DNA of 63,694 nt, filler included, from Octopus bimaculoides (GCF_001194135.2; 5 parts of 4 records of this genome joined end to end with filler, not necessarily neighbours in it); one strand, 5' to 3'; positions 13,453 through 26,204 are shown, numbered from the whole stretch's first letter. Notes: a model not told the origin generated them from the sequence alone. Numbers and translations are program-made.

Positions 13453-14216
13453 CTTAATCCTTTCACATGTTTGCATATAGAATCTATAATTTTGTCAATT
13501 TTGTCTTTGGGTAGATAGACCTGTGCCAGGCTGAGTGACAGCAGCTTGGGTACATTGCTCAAAAAGTCAAAGCACTCTGGTTTCAGCTCACACTGATAAA
13601 GATCAAGGAATGTGAGTCGATTCAATGGCATAAGCACTGAATTCAGCAGTAACGGACAACTTTTGAAGCTTACTTTTCTCAAAGAGAGGCATTGTAAATT
13701 AGGGCAGTTAAAAATAGTTAGTTTATCATTATGTACAAATTGTTCACCATTGCTCATCTGACACTTTAGTTCACTGAAATAGGACTTCTGATGTAAATCC
13801 TTAAATCCAAGTTGCAGTGTTCGCAATGAATAACCTGAGGTATTAAGCATTTCAAATAGCAAACGAGACGGGTCAATGTTCGAACATGACAAAAGGCAGA
13901 GATCACTAAGAGTATGTTTCTGAATGTAGGCCAACCCATCATTAGTTACTGAAGTTTGAGAAAGATTAACCTTTGCAAGACGAGTCCGAGAAGGGTCTTC
14001 AAAAATGTACAGAATATCATCAGTTAATTCTTCAGGTCGTTCTCGCCATGCTTTCAAAAGTCCTTCACATATTTCCTGTGGCAAGAAAATGCCAGGGCGT
14101 AAAGTGTAACGATTACCCTCTGTAATGGTGGCTAATGCCTCTGGATTTTTGACAAAAATATTCAAGCACATTTCCTGAAGAGTGTCAGGAATATTTTGTG
14201 GCCAGCCAAATGCCAT
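13453..14216 (-). CDS. ZER1: First coding exon of a protein zer-1 / ZYG-11 family homolog (Cullin-2/Elongin BC E3 ligase substrate receptor, LRR region)
   Basis: Translation MAFGWPQNIPDTLQEMCLNIF...LRPGIFLPQEICEGLL...IFEDPSRTRLAKVNL...LLNSVLMPLNRLTFLDL...KHVKGLR matches my recollection of vertebrate ZER1 (PESLMALC, LHPDIFLPSEICDRL, LFSDPRSTRLTRIHL, LLRPLNSLAALDL, LHKLR). ATG at 14216-14214. Acceptor tttctttcag ends at 14237, so the exon starts at 14236. Donor AG|GTAAGT follows 13453 (phase 2). The provided ORF's MLSFFFLS start is the intronic pyrimidine tract. Confidence 0.9.
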
Positions 14217-15413
14217 ATCTGCAAAGGCATCCAAAACTGAAAGAAAAAAAAAAGAAAGCAATTAAAATAGTGAAGTTTTAAAAATAAATTTGTAATCAAC
14301 AATATATAGCATAAAAAAATATTACAAAATGTTGTAAATTATTGCTTAACATAATTCATAATTCATATTTTGGTGTTATGAATAAATAAAACAAATGATA
14401 AGAAAAACTTTTAAGATGAAGATTTCAAATTATTTATTGATTCAAGCTGAAAATAACTCAAGACTTTAAAAAAACGTGGATTTTGTCTCCCTCTCAACTC
14501 ACGTCCAATACTCCTATCATGCTCTCATGTTCTATTACAACTCCTTACCAACAACAATCATGCAGCTGTCCACTTTTATCTCTCTCTCTCTCTCTCTCTC
14601 TTTCTTTTCCTTAACTCTCCTCTCTATCACCCCTTCATTCTGGTTCTCTTTCATTACTCTCCTTTCTCATCCTCACTCCTATCAATCTCCCTTCCTTATT
14701 CTCCTCTCTATCACCTACACACTACTACCACATTGATTCTCTTCCATTACTTTTTTCTCTTCACTGTTTCTTTGCCAGGAACAATATGACTCTTGAATGG
14801 AGAGAAAAGAACAGAAAGAATTCATTTGTCCTGCTAGGGACAAAACAATCTCACTCATGCTGGTGCCACAATAAAATACATCCAGTACACTCTGTAAAGT
14901 GGTTGGTATTAGGAAGGGCATCAGACCATAGCCCAAGGGAATATACAAATGAGACATGGTCTCCAACACTTCCAGGATTCTACTTCTGAGTCAAACCATG
15001 ATGACCCACCCAAGTCATACCAAAAAAGAAGACAAGAATGAGGAGGAATCAAATTGTGTGACAACTCCAAATATAGATTCCCAATTTTTCTATCATTTTA
15101 GTTCAGGAGGAGTGTAACATAGGTACTCCAAACTTACTCTTTGTTGAAGGAGAGAAAAGAGATTGGGAATGAGGGAAGGATAATCTGTAGCCTTGAATGG
15201 CTGGATGTTTATGAAGCACAAAGTGAAAGAAGAGTTTGATGAAGTGGGAGTTGATGGAATAGAAAAGAGGAAACAAAGCAGTTAGTGGAGTGTGGCATTT
15301 TAAAGGAGAGCATCTTGGAAATGAGAGAGAGAGAGAGATCGGGAATGAGGACAGAGATACAGGTGTGCAGCTGCAAAGGAGATACATGGTTACCTGAGCT
15401 GAGGGAAGAGCAG

Positions 15414-15453
<40 letters not shown>

Positions 15454-15719
15454 AGACAGCAGGATGGAGAGGGTGGCAAAGTGCTGGCATACTCTCATGG
15501 GGCAGGGATCAGAATATAAATAGGATGGTTGAGTAGAGAGAGAGAGAGAGAGAGAAAGATGGTGGCAAAGGTAGGCCTTGGCACTGCCTTTGCTTCAAGG
15601 AATTTGAGAAAATTGTCATTATTAACCCCTTTCTTTTTTTATCTCTTTTCCCCTCCATCACAGCCATCCCCACCCTCTCTTCTATAATCTGAGTAACCAT
15701 TGCTTCACAATCAACATGG

Positions 15720-15925
15720 CTATCAGTCAGATGACTGATATTTGCAGACGGCATGGTTTTACTTGAAGACCTCCAATGTACACTGAATGGGTTCCCTGCA
15801 AAGGAAACTGAGACCTTGGCCCTCTCAATCAAGTCTTCCCAGTTTACTCTGAATGTTGAGGGAACATCACTGAGACAAGTGGGAGAAGTTTAACACGTTG
15901 GCTCCCTCACGTCCTGCTGGTAGGT
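15720..15925 (+). mobile_element. Decayed RTE RT fragment (ADD to KYLG region)
   Basis: LIFADGMVLLED ... EGTSLRQVGEV*HVGSLTS. Confidence 0.5.
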
Positions 15926-16499
15926 CATGATGGTATGTTAGTGAGTCCTGCCTGACCCACCAACAGGTCGTTTTTTTCAAATTTCTTTCCCATGAGTTTT
16001 CTGAGAGCTGGAATGCTCCGATTACTTTGATTTGTGCTTTTGCTACACTAAGAGAACAATTCTTTATAGATTTTCAATATTATTTTTTTTTTAACGATTT
16101 TCTTCTGATTTCACCCTGTAATGAGGTAAAATAAAAGAGTGAATTTTATTTGCCATTGAAGCAAAAATAGTTCTTCCTGGAAAAAAATTGGTACATTTTC
16201 CAATAGAAACAGAAAGGAATGAAAAATATTTAACTTGCCATGGAAAGCAAAATAATTCTTTTTGAAAAGATTTCAAGATCTTCCAATAAAAAATGCCCCA
16301 AATTTTTTTATTGACCGCAGATAGGTTGTGTGGTATCTAAGAATGATATGAACTAGGGTACCATACAACCCCTCCCCCCGCCCAATGGGATGTGGGTATC
16401 TAACACTACCTATGTGATTCTTGCCTCACATATGGTATAGTGTAAAAATACTATGCTGCACATGTCAAAATTAATTAAGATGTTGTATTAGGACCTTGA

Positions 16500-17060
16500 G
16501 ATAAAACATAAAATGAGGCTCAGGAGCCAAAGTGTTAAGTACTTCAGAGCCATATTCACAAGTGATGGAAGGCAGGCAGCTGAAATAGATGCTAGAATTC
16601 CAAATGCCGGTACCATACTGCACCGGTTCCATCATTCAATCCTCAGAAGAGGAGAGGTTGGTAAGAAAGCCAAACTCATTATCCTCTATTTGATTTTCAT
16701 GCTTATCCTCACTTATGGTCCTGAATGTTGTGGGTAACGAATGAAAGAGAGTGCAATCGCAAATGCAAATGGCCAAAATGGGGTTCCTCTAAAGAATCTT
16801 TGAAGTAAGGTCACTCAACAACAAGATGTGTAGCCCAAAGAGGAGGGAATCTGTCCAGGTCGAACCACTTCTCTTCTCATTGAGAGGTCACAGCTCCAGT
16901 ATTACGGACATGGGATTAAAATGTCACTGAAAAGAATCACAAGGTGAATTCTTCAAGCTGAACCAACCAGACGGAGATCCAGGTGGGAGAGACCAAGAAC
17001 AAGATGACTGGACAATAATTCCTAGTCTCAGCTGGACATGTTTAGGAACCCAGCCAGAAA
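16500..17060 (+). mobile_element. Decayed RTE (Expander/Rex3-like) C-terminal fragment
   Basis: VKYFRAIFTSDGRQAAEIDARI...KAKL...LTYGPECCG, then RRSQLQYYGH-like and GRPRTRWLD-like remnants. Confidence 0.6.
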
Positions 17061-17217
17061 AATTTAATGACAATTGCTTCTGATATAACCCTCTGAAGGA
17101 AATGATTGAGGGTTCAAACCCAACAACCCTTCCATGAATAGTGGGTGGAGAAGATGGCTGGGTGGATATAGAGGTAAGTGCACAAATGAAAGAAAATGGA
17201 ACTCAACATGTGTGTGT

Positions 17218-17260
<43 letters not shown>

Positions 17261-17583
17261 GTCTGCGCAATAACACTGGGCAGTGGTCGGTAGTGGCATC
17301 TAATTGTGTTCTGCATAAACAACATGTGGAATGGTTGTGTGGTTCGCCATGTGAAGATCAGTGGAATGTCTTCCTTTATAAGCAAGAGTTGGCACCAAGG
17401 AATGGCACCAGGGCAGAGAAATCTCAGCCAATCCATGCCAAAGGAGGCTGAGACAGAAACAAGAACACTTTGCAATCTTCATAAAAAGGAAAACAAAGGA
17501 ACAAATATGTAGAAGCAAAAATATTTTAAAAATTTTAAAAGCAAAATGGAAATCCTGTTTCTTCTTAGAATATCAATAAATAT

Positions 17584-18120
17584 GGCGGGGAAGGCATGGC
17601 TGGCTGGTAGACAGTTTACTTCCCAATCATATTGTTCCAGTTTCAATCCCACTGCATGACGCCTTGGGCAAGTGTCTTCTACTCTTGCCTCGGGCCAAAC
17701 AGCTTTGTGAGTGGATTTGGTAGATGGAAACTGAAAGCATGTAATGTGTGTGCATGCATGTGCATGTTTGTGTGTGTGTGTGCTTGTATGTGTGTGTGCA
17801 TGTGTGTGTATGTGCGTATGTGTGTGCTTGCATGTGTGTGTGCTTGCATGTGTGTGTGTATATGTGTGTGTATGCACATGTTTGTGTGTGTGTGTGTGTG
17901 TGTGTGCGTGCAAGCTTGCTTGCATGCGTGTCCCCGCATGAGAACCAGTGCTGATGCGTTTACATCTCCACAACTTAGCAGCTCAGCAAAAGAGACCAAC
18001 AGAATAAGTTCCAGGTTAAAAAGAAAATAAGCCCTGAGGGGGGCAATTCATTCGACTAAGATTTTTCAAGGCAGTGTGCCCCAGCATGGCCATAGTCTAA
18101 TGACTGTATCAAGTGGAAAA
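17584..18120 (+). mobile_element. CORE-like SINE copy with an expanded (TG/TGCA)n internal tract
   Basis: Head/CORE at 17584-17737, ~190 bp compound microsatellite, 3' half to 18120. Other copies or parts: 2602-2745(+), 13045-13310(-), 19035-19350(-), 27735-27857(-), 39184-39490(+), 54096-54200(-), 59630-60210(+), 63370-63530(+). Confidence 0.8.
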
Positions 18121-18769
18121 CAAAATGTATGTATGATGCTGTATATACGTTATACATCAATGTATTAATGAAAGTGCTTAGTTATTAATGAAAGTCTTAC
18201 TTAGCTATGATCAATGCATGTTGAGGAAGAGGAGTCACTCCCAGATGGAACAGTTTAGAATTTAGTATCTTCTGCTGCAAAAGTGTTCTTGCCTCATGGA
18301 GATATGAATTCCAATGATATATATATATATATGTATATGTATATATATGTGTGTGTCTATAGATATATAAGTCTAGTTTATGAAATAGATGGCAGTACAA
18401 ACATTTCAGATGATCTGCCAAACAGCAACCTGTGTCTTTCAACTGTGCAAGAAAATATGGAAACAGAAGAGAAAAGGACTTGTGACCACCACACGTGATT
18501 CAACATTATTTGGACACACAGACACACAAAGTAAAGCCAGCATCAACACATGTAGAAACATATGACTGATTAGAAGTGGGGATTAAGAGAAGGAGATTAG
18601 CAAATCAGTTAAATATAAAGCACTTAAGACAGTTGCTTATAAGTATATTTAGATTAACAATCAGGATTAGAGCTGAGAATAACAAGTGTGTGTGTGTGTG
18701 TGTGTGTGAGTGAATGTTAAGGGCCTAGAGTTTATCAAAGTTTCAAAAGTGTAATGCAGCAAACCATCA

Positions 18770-18922
18770 GCCATCCACTAGTGAAACGGGGGGGGGGTAG
18801 TCTGCCCCAGGTGGCACTTTTAGGTCTGTTGTAGGCAATGTGTGTTTTCTGTGGGGTCCGGGGGGCAGCAAACAGAAGGACCGCCCCAGGTGGCACACAC
18901 ACTCACTCTAGCTACGCTACTG
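18770..18922. mobile_element. Possible GC-rich non-autonomous DNA transposon remnant (hAT-like MITE)
   Basis: Right end CTAGCTACGCTACTG resembles hAT-MITE termini; internal direct repeat GCCCCAGGTGGCAC x2. The left terminus is poorly conserved. Confidence 0.35.
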
Positions 18923-19614
18923 CAGGCGTCAAGTCACTTCCAGAAACTAATTAATAAATAAACTCATTTACTCGTGTATTAAGTTGCATTTCTTTGGTTT
19001 GTTCAACCAAAACCTAAATAATATCTTTTACTTTCTTTTACTTGTTTTAGTCCTTGGACTGTGGCCATGCTGGGGCACTGCCTGGAACAATTTTTGTTAA
19101 ATGAATCAACCCCCAATCCTTGTGTCTTTAAGTACTTATTTTATGAGTCCCTTTCGCTGAGCAGCTAAGCTACAGGGATGTAAACACACCGACACTGGTT
19201 GTCAAGCAGGCAATGAGCTTCTTTCAGTTTCTGTTTACCAAATCCACTCAGAAGGCTCTGGTTGACCTGGTTCCACACACAGTGGGACTGAACCCAGAAC
19301 CACATGATTGGGAAGCAAACTTTTTACCACACAGCCACAGCTGCACCTATTTTACGCCCACTTTGCCATGCTGGCATGGGTTAGACACATTGTTATTGGT
19401 CAGAGATACTGCCCTCCCAGACACCAGGTCACTGGTGGCATCTTGCTCATATCTGCCATCGCTGATGTCTTTTCTACAGCTTTATGCCCTTCCTACTGCC
19501 AACCACTGTAAGAGGTATGCGTTATTGTGGCACCACCACTAGAGAGGCTGCACTAACGACTCCTGCCTACCCTATGTTGTTATTGTTAGTTTGGTGTTGT
19601 GCACCTTGACAGGT

Positions 19615-19662
<48 letters not shown>

Positions 19663-19959
19663 GTAAAACGAGTAATGTGTGTGTGAGAGAGAGAGAGAGA
19701 GAGAATTAACAAGATGAAGTGATGATGGCAAGACAGTTAATGATCTCACTTCAGCTTCACCATTGAAGATTAGCCAGAGCCAGAATCAGTGTCAATTAAT
19801 CTAGTTGGAACCTTTGTCCCCAGCATATTTTATGGCAATTTCCCTTGCTCACCTGACTCCAATCCTGACCATATGGATTGGCTTCCTAACTCCAATGCTT
19901 TCGTTGTACTCTCTAATTCTGGTGAATTACTTAAGATGATGTGGAATCTGCCCTTCTTC

Positions 19960-20170
19960 TTCTTCTACCAGGATGTTCCTCTATTCTATGCCCATCCTAA
20001 ACCAGTTGCTGCCTCTACTCAGCACCTATCACTTGTTATTTTCCCCTCCAAACTACAACCTGAACATCTTTTTCTGTCAACACTATTGGTCGGATTGTTG
20101 AACAAACAATGGGATACGCAGAATTTCCTAATATCATGTGGCATCAAGCGTTTGTCACTTTCAATTCTTT
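19960..20170 (-). mobile_element. Old BovB-like RTE C-terminal remnant
   Basis: Minus strand ILRIPL and LEGKITSDR remnants resemble LLRVPW / LGKIEGRR of RTE-BovB. Highly decayed. Confidence 0.4.
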
Positions 20171-20784
20171 GACCAGTAAATCTAAAAGCAGCAGGAATTC
20201 TGCAGCATCACTCTCTAAATAACTCACAAAAGCCATACTGATAGCACCACTCCTTGAACTTCCCTGCCAAAACCAGTTGTTTATGGCAGTTATCAACTAA
20301 CACAACTTGGTTTCCATCTCAGAAAACCCCTTTAGTATCATTTAAAGGTACTGGGTGCAATTTAACCACAGACTTCTAATAACCTGCATCCAGAGGACTG
20401 AGATCTGCACTTTTTCAATTTGTTGGATTCACATAGGTGTGGAAGCAAAATCTGGAATTGAAGGGCCTTAATGTTTTAACTTAGCAAAGAGCAAAGTCCT
20501 AGTATACAGAACTCTACCTGCTTCAGGGAAATGGCCCTTCTTGGTATGTAAGCAAGGTGTAAACAGTTATTCCACACTCAGCGCAAGCTAAGGGGACATA
20601 AGGGGTACAGTGAAATCACAAGAACATTCATGGAAAAAGTGGTGTCTGTTACATGGAAGATGCACAGATGCCATAAAAAGTGGGGACACAGGGGAAATAC
20701 AATTTGTCAAATGCCCTGGGGGCTCCATAGAGGTAGCAGTTAGTAGGTAACCTCATTAGCAGTGGAAGCAGATACTCTGAAAAT

Positions 20785-21265
20785 GCTGTTACTATAAGGT
20801 GAAGAAGTTCAGAGAGCCATTGCCTCTGTTGGCAACCAAAAGTTTCTCTCTGAGTGAAAGGCAGATTGTATGATGCATGTACACAAACAACAATGCCACA
20901 TGGTAGTGAGATGTGGGCCCTGAATGCAGAAGACATGGGAATCCTAGAGAGGAATGGAGCTAGCATGCTCTGTGAGATGTGCAAAGTCAGTGTGCGTGTA
21001 TGACTAAGTGCAATTGTATTGAGAAAAAAGCTAAGTATAAAGAGGAATCAGATGTAGTGTGCAAGAGAGACGACTGTGCAGGTTTGGTCATGTGATGTAT
21101 ATGGAGGAGAAGAGTCACATAAAGAAGTACTAATTGCTTAAAGTAGATGGAACTTGTAGAAGAGGGAGACTCAAGGAAGACATGGGATGAAGTAACGAAG
21201 GCTGATCTCAAGAGGCTGAACCTTTCGGACGAGATGACGGATTGATTTACTGTGCTCAAGAAAAC
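20785..21265 (+). mobile_element. RTE LINE C-terminal/3' fragment, same family as 6690-7200
   Basis: Shared DNA (GTTTCTCTCTGAGTGAAAGG.AGATTGTATGATGCATGT; TGGTAGTGAGATGTGG; TTTGGTCATGTGATG). Confidence 0.8.
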
Positions 21266-21667
21266 TCATCCATCATAGCAAAAATGTTACCCTAAAACCA
21301 CTTGGTATGCTTGTATGTGTGTGTGTGTGTGTGTGGTGGAGATCCTGTTCCCCCTCCTTCTCTCTCACAACCCCATCAAGCATTCCCCCCCTATTCTCAT
21401 CCCCTACTTATGGTACTACTCAGCTACTGTCATCACCTGAGAGCCAAACTGGCACATACTACACCCCTCCCTTCTGGTTATCCACTTTCCTACCTCCCTT
21501 ACATCAATTCCATTCCTCAATATCATCCCTTCCCACTCGATCTCTTATCTGCTATCATCCTCAATACACTCCCCCCCCCACCCTCATATCTATCACCACA
21601 CCCCACTTTAGCCGTTTTTGTATCTTTAGATAACCCCCACCACCACTTCTTCACTGCTCCTACACCT

Positions 21668-21835
21668 TGCCTGGACAAGGACAGCTGCATAAAGTGCCAA
21701 TCTCTAACTGTGGAGGGAATCTGTCGAGGGGCGTAGACTCAGGGATACAATCTTTGAATGTTGAGCCTCACGGAGAAGATGACAAGGAACCTGGACTACT
21801 GTGAACTGCTGTGCTTGAGAAGGTACGTTAAGCTA
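21668..21835 (+). mobile_element. RTE LINE extreme C-terminal remnant
   Basis: DKDSCIKCQSLTVEGICRG and LSLTEKMTR remnants, matching the ends of the other RTE copies. Confidence 0.55.
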
Positions 21836-22085
21836 ATTAAAACCATGGCAGGTCAATGCTCCATCCCCCCCCCACCCCGCACCTCTTACACACAATCTAT
21901 CCTCTGTCAAAACTCCTCCTATAACCCATCTCCCAAACACCCACCACCCCATGATCATCACCCACTGCAGGCCCCTCCCCTATCCCTCATGCCTATCCAC
22001 ACACTCTCCTTGCCCTTGTATATTTACCATACCCACCACCACCACACCAGGCACTCCAATTTCTCTCACCATTAGTTGCTACAGT

Positions 22086-22193
22086 GATGACGATGACGAT
22101 GATGATGATGACGATGATGATGATGATGATGACAATGATGATGACGATGACAATGATGATGACGATGACAATGATGATGACGATGATGATGAT
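22086..22193 (+). repeat. (GAT/GAC)n trinucleotide tract with 18-bp higher-order unit GACAATGATGATGACGAT x3
   Basis: Direct reading. Confidence 0.9.
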
Positions 22194-22750
22194 CTCTTCC
22201 CCATTTCTAAACATCTCCCCTTAACACACTTGTGGAACAGCCCCCTCTGTACCACTTATACTCCTCCCACTACCACCTGAAGGTAGGGCCCTGAAGCATC
22301 TCCAACACCGCCTATTTCTCCCTCTCACTCACTCTCTCTGTCCTTCTCTCCATCTCTCCTTCCTCTTCCTACTGCAAAAGCCAAGTCTCTCCTCAAAAGT
22401 AGGACATCTTTCTCTAGTTCTCTCTTCTACTCAAACCCATCAACCAGCACAAAGCCACTTCCCATGGTTCTCCCCCCCCCCCCCGGCCACCAGCTGAGAG
22501 GACTTTGCCTCATAAGTAACTTGGCAAAACCCTGAAGTTGCCACATAAAACACTCAGCAGATTCTGTGAAGTGGTTGGCGCTAGGAAGAACATCTAGCCA
22601 TAGAAACCATGCCAAAGCAGACAATACAACACGGTGCATGCCTCTGGCTTACCAGCTCCTTTCAAACCATCCAACTCATGCCTGCATGGAAAACAAGCAC
22701 TAAATGATGATGATGATGATGATAGTAAATCTAGAGAGTGTGTGTATGTA

Positions 22751-22815
<65 letters not shown>

Positions 22816-22941
22816 NNNNNNNNNNNNNNNNNNNNNNNNNNNNNNNNNNNNNNNNNNNNNNNNNNNNNNNNNNNNNNNNNNNNNNNNNNNNNNNNNNNNN
22901 NNNNNNNNNNNNNNNNNNNNNNNNNNNNNNNNNNNNNNNNN

Positions 22942-23204
22942 AAGCCAAGTGAGATCGTTGCCAGTGCCCCTGGACTGGCTCTTGTGCGGGTGGCACATAA
23001 AAGACACCATTTCGAGTGTGGCCGTTTTCGTGTGGGTGACACGTAAAAGCACCCACTACACTCTCTGAGTGGTTGGCGTTAGGAAGGGCATCCAGCTGTA
23101 GAAACTCTGCCAAATTAGATTGGAGCCTGGTGTAGCCATCCGGTTGCACCAGTCCTCAGTCAAATCGTCCAACCCATGCTAGCATGGAAAGCGGACATTA
23201 AACA

Positions 23205-23239
<35 letters not shown>
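22942..23239 (+). mobile_element. Young RTE-type 3' tail copy ending in (GAT)n
   Basis: Near-identical to 1638-1823 over ~190 bp, with extra upstream sequence. Flanked by (TA)n. Confidence 0.8.
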
Positions 23240-24940
23240 ATATATATATATAGTACATGTATAGAACATATATAATAAATGTACACGGTATATATAGAAA
23301 ATGAATAGAGCATATGTAACAAATGTATAAAGTTTGTATACACCCCATGTATAGAGTATAAATAGTAAATGCATTGAGTAATGGTTATTGAAAGTATATA
23401 TATGTAGTAGATGTGTGTAGAAAGGGGTGAAAGTATATAGTAAATGTATGTAGTGACAGTTATAGTGAATGTATCCAGTAATGAATGTTTGTAGTGAAAG
23501 TGGAGTCGCTGAAGTACAAAAATAACATTTGGAGGAAATTCTCAGAGTTGTTATGTCTGTTGATAAAATAAATTTATTTTTCGCCCCCATTGCAAAGAGG
23601 CAGCTGTATGAAGCAGGTGTAAAAAAAAACACGATGGGTTGCATCGTAGTGACACAGAGCATTGTAGAGAGATGTGCAGAGGTAGGCTGTGTTGGGTGTG
23701 ATCCATGCAACCTGCATGAATAGGTATGTGAGAACTCACTGAGATATGGAGAGAAGTAGAAGTAATGGTAGGTGTGAGGAAGAGATGAGCTGCGTGTGTG
23801 TGTGTGTGACAGATATGTCAGCCAAATATGGTTTATGACGGTTTTGTTGCTGCTGAGAAAATCTTAATCATTGTGAGATGGTTTTAATTATTTTTAGGAG
23901 ACATTGTAGATGCCACAAACAGAGTTGGCGTTGTGTTCGAGTTGCTTAACTGGATTATTTTTCAAATTAAGTTGCAGGTCTTGGAACAAATTACTGACAT
24001 AAATCGTACTTTTCTTTTTTCTTTTTTATTTTTTGAAAACCTTTGAATTACATTTTATAACAATATATTTGGATCTATTTCAAAACGGGGGCACCAGTTT
24101 TCATTTATGTTTTTTTACAGGAAGAGAAGAAAGAGGAAAAAAAATTAAAAGTATAAAAGATTAAATTATGGAGGAAATAAAAAATCCGAAACCACCTCAC
24201 CAAGAAAACAAAAGAAAAGAAAAAAAGGAGGGGTGGGGAATTAAGCAGCAGCAGCAGAAGATGATGAGGGGAGTAGTGGGGTGTACATGCCAGAACAAAT
24301 AGCGTGTTTAATCATGCATTACAAACATGATTACACAGGCTAAGTACAATCTTTATTTTGATAGTGCTCCCTCCATATACAGAAATTTTCTAACTGAACA
24401 TAAAGAAAACAGAAATGAAAAACTCCTCTCGTCATAATGGATTATTATTTACTCAGCCCATTGGTTATTCACTATGCATATTTCCTGTTTCTTAAACTGT
24501 ATCTCTAGATATGACTGGCTGCAAGTATATATCATTGAAATGCCTCAGGTATTCTTCTTAACTCCTGCCAGGACAATTTTTCAACTCTTTCTCATATACT
24601 CTCTTTAAACACAGCACATCCATAACTGATTTTATCCCAGACAAAACAGAATACATACTTTGAGTGTGACTATTTTAGCTTTTAGGTTTGGCAATTTTGA
24701 AAGCATGCAGTTTCTGGAAGCCTTAAACATATTCTAGAATGTGCAATAAATATATATGTGTAATAAATATATATACAGTCAAAACTATTGAAAAGGTTGC
24801 AAGACACAACGAAAATTTTAGACAACTAAAAAAGAAATAAGTGAAAATTTTACTGGTGAGTGTGTTAAATTATAAGGCACAAAAAGAAAATAACTCTCTC
24901 CAGACACAACAGTACATGCATATAGATATACATATATATA

Positions 24941-25145
24941 TTGGGTTGGTGCATAATTATTGCGACTTTTTTTCAACAAATTTTATTCAGCAAAAACAAT
25001 AACAACATTTAACAAAAACATCTTTAAATGATTATTCCGGAGCATATTCACCATCTACTTCAATTACTGCTTCCCATTTGCCTGGCAGACGGTCAGACTG
25101 TCACTTAAAGATGTTTTTGTTAAATAAAATTATGCACCAACCCAA
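24941..25145 (-). mobile_element. Mariner-derived MITE (205 bp)
   Basis: TIRs TTGGGTTGGTGCATAATT / AATTATGCACCAACCCAA with TA on both sides, plus an internal inverted segment AACAAAAACATCTTTAA. The minus strand keeps a transposase C-terminus RLPGKWEAVIEVDGEYAPE*. Confidence 0.85.
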
Positions 25146-25156
25146 TATATATATAT

Positions 25157-25343
25157 GACACGTAAAAGCACCCACTACACTCTCTGAGTGGTTGGCGTTA
25201 GGAAGGGCATCCAGCTGTAGAAACTCTGCCAAATTAGACTGGAGCCTGGTGTTGCCATCCGGTTTCACCAGTCCTCAGTCAAATCGTCCAACCCATGCTA
25301 GCATGGAAAGCGGATGTCAAACGATGATGATGATGATGATGAT
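25157..25343 (+). mobile_element. Young RTE-type 3' tail copy inserted in the (TA)n flank of the mariner MITE
   Basis: Near-identical to 1638-1823; begins right after TATATATATAT and ends in (GAT)n. Confidence 0.8.
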
Positions 25344-25848
25344 ATCCCTATGATTTGTGTTTTGGAAAAGTAAAAGCAATGCAATACATTTAGAGTGATG
25401 ACTAATTAATCCTCTTTGGAGTACAGGTCAATCAAGTGCTGAGCTGTAAACCAACACACTTAATAGATCAGACATGGTTTAGCTTTAACCTGAAGGATTA
25501 AAGTTATTATGAAATCTGGGAAGTTGAGGGTTTGATTTTAAGTTTCATAGGAATTTACCTTAATCACACAAAGAAAACACTGACTATGCAACAAGCTGCA
25601 TTGACAACAATCTGTGTGGCAGTGTGAACAGGGCAGAAGGGAAACGTTTGTCCTGGGAGAAAGTCTCTCTAGAGCTGGCGACACAATAAGATGCACCCAG
25701 TCCTTGCTGTCAAGTGAAAGGGCATCTGACTAGCCATAAAAACCATCTCATACACAATAGAAATCAGTGGTTTTCTCTCAATCATTAGTGAGAAAACAAA
25801 TGAGTGCGAAAAAGTTGACCAACCCAGAGAAGCAGATATAAAACAATG

Positions 25849-25883
<35 letters not shown>

Positions 25884-26204
25884 CATATATTGCATGTATA
25901 ATGTATGTATGTTTGTATATATTGGAAAGCCGCACCAGCTTCCAGTCTGGTTTGTAATTTGGTTTCTACAGCTGGATGCTCTTCCTAATGCCAACGACTT
26001 TATAGAGTGGCACTGGGTGCTTTTCACATGGCACTGCATGAGCACTTCTACGTGGCACCAGCTCAAGTATTTTTTATGTGGGACCAGCACAGGACCCTTC
26101 ACCAGGGGATGTGGGGGGGCCTTAACGCTTCTGCTGTGGGGTATCAGTCTTCTTGGTATATATACATATACATATACATATATTGTGTGTGTAGAGAGAG
26201 ATAG

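Noticed and set aside
22086-22193. Poly-Asp coding stretch
   Set aside because: It is a trinucleotide microsatellite within decayed repeat sequence, and the flanking ORF is low-complexity.
23529-23723. Cys-containing ORF (RCAEVGCVGCDPCNLHE) as a zinc finger or piggyBac CRD
   Set aside because: Cys/His spacing does not fit, and there are no splice signals or transposase context that I can support.
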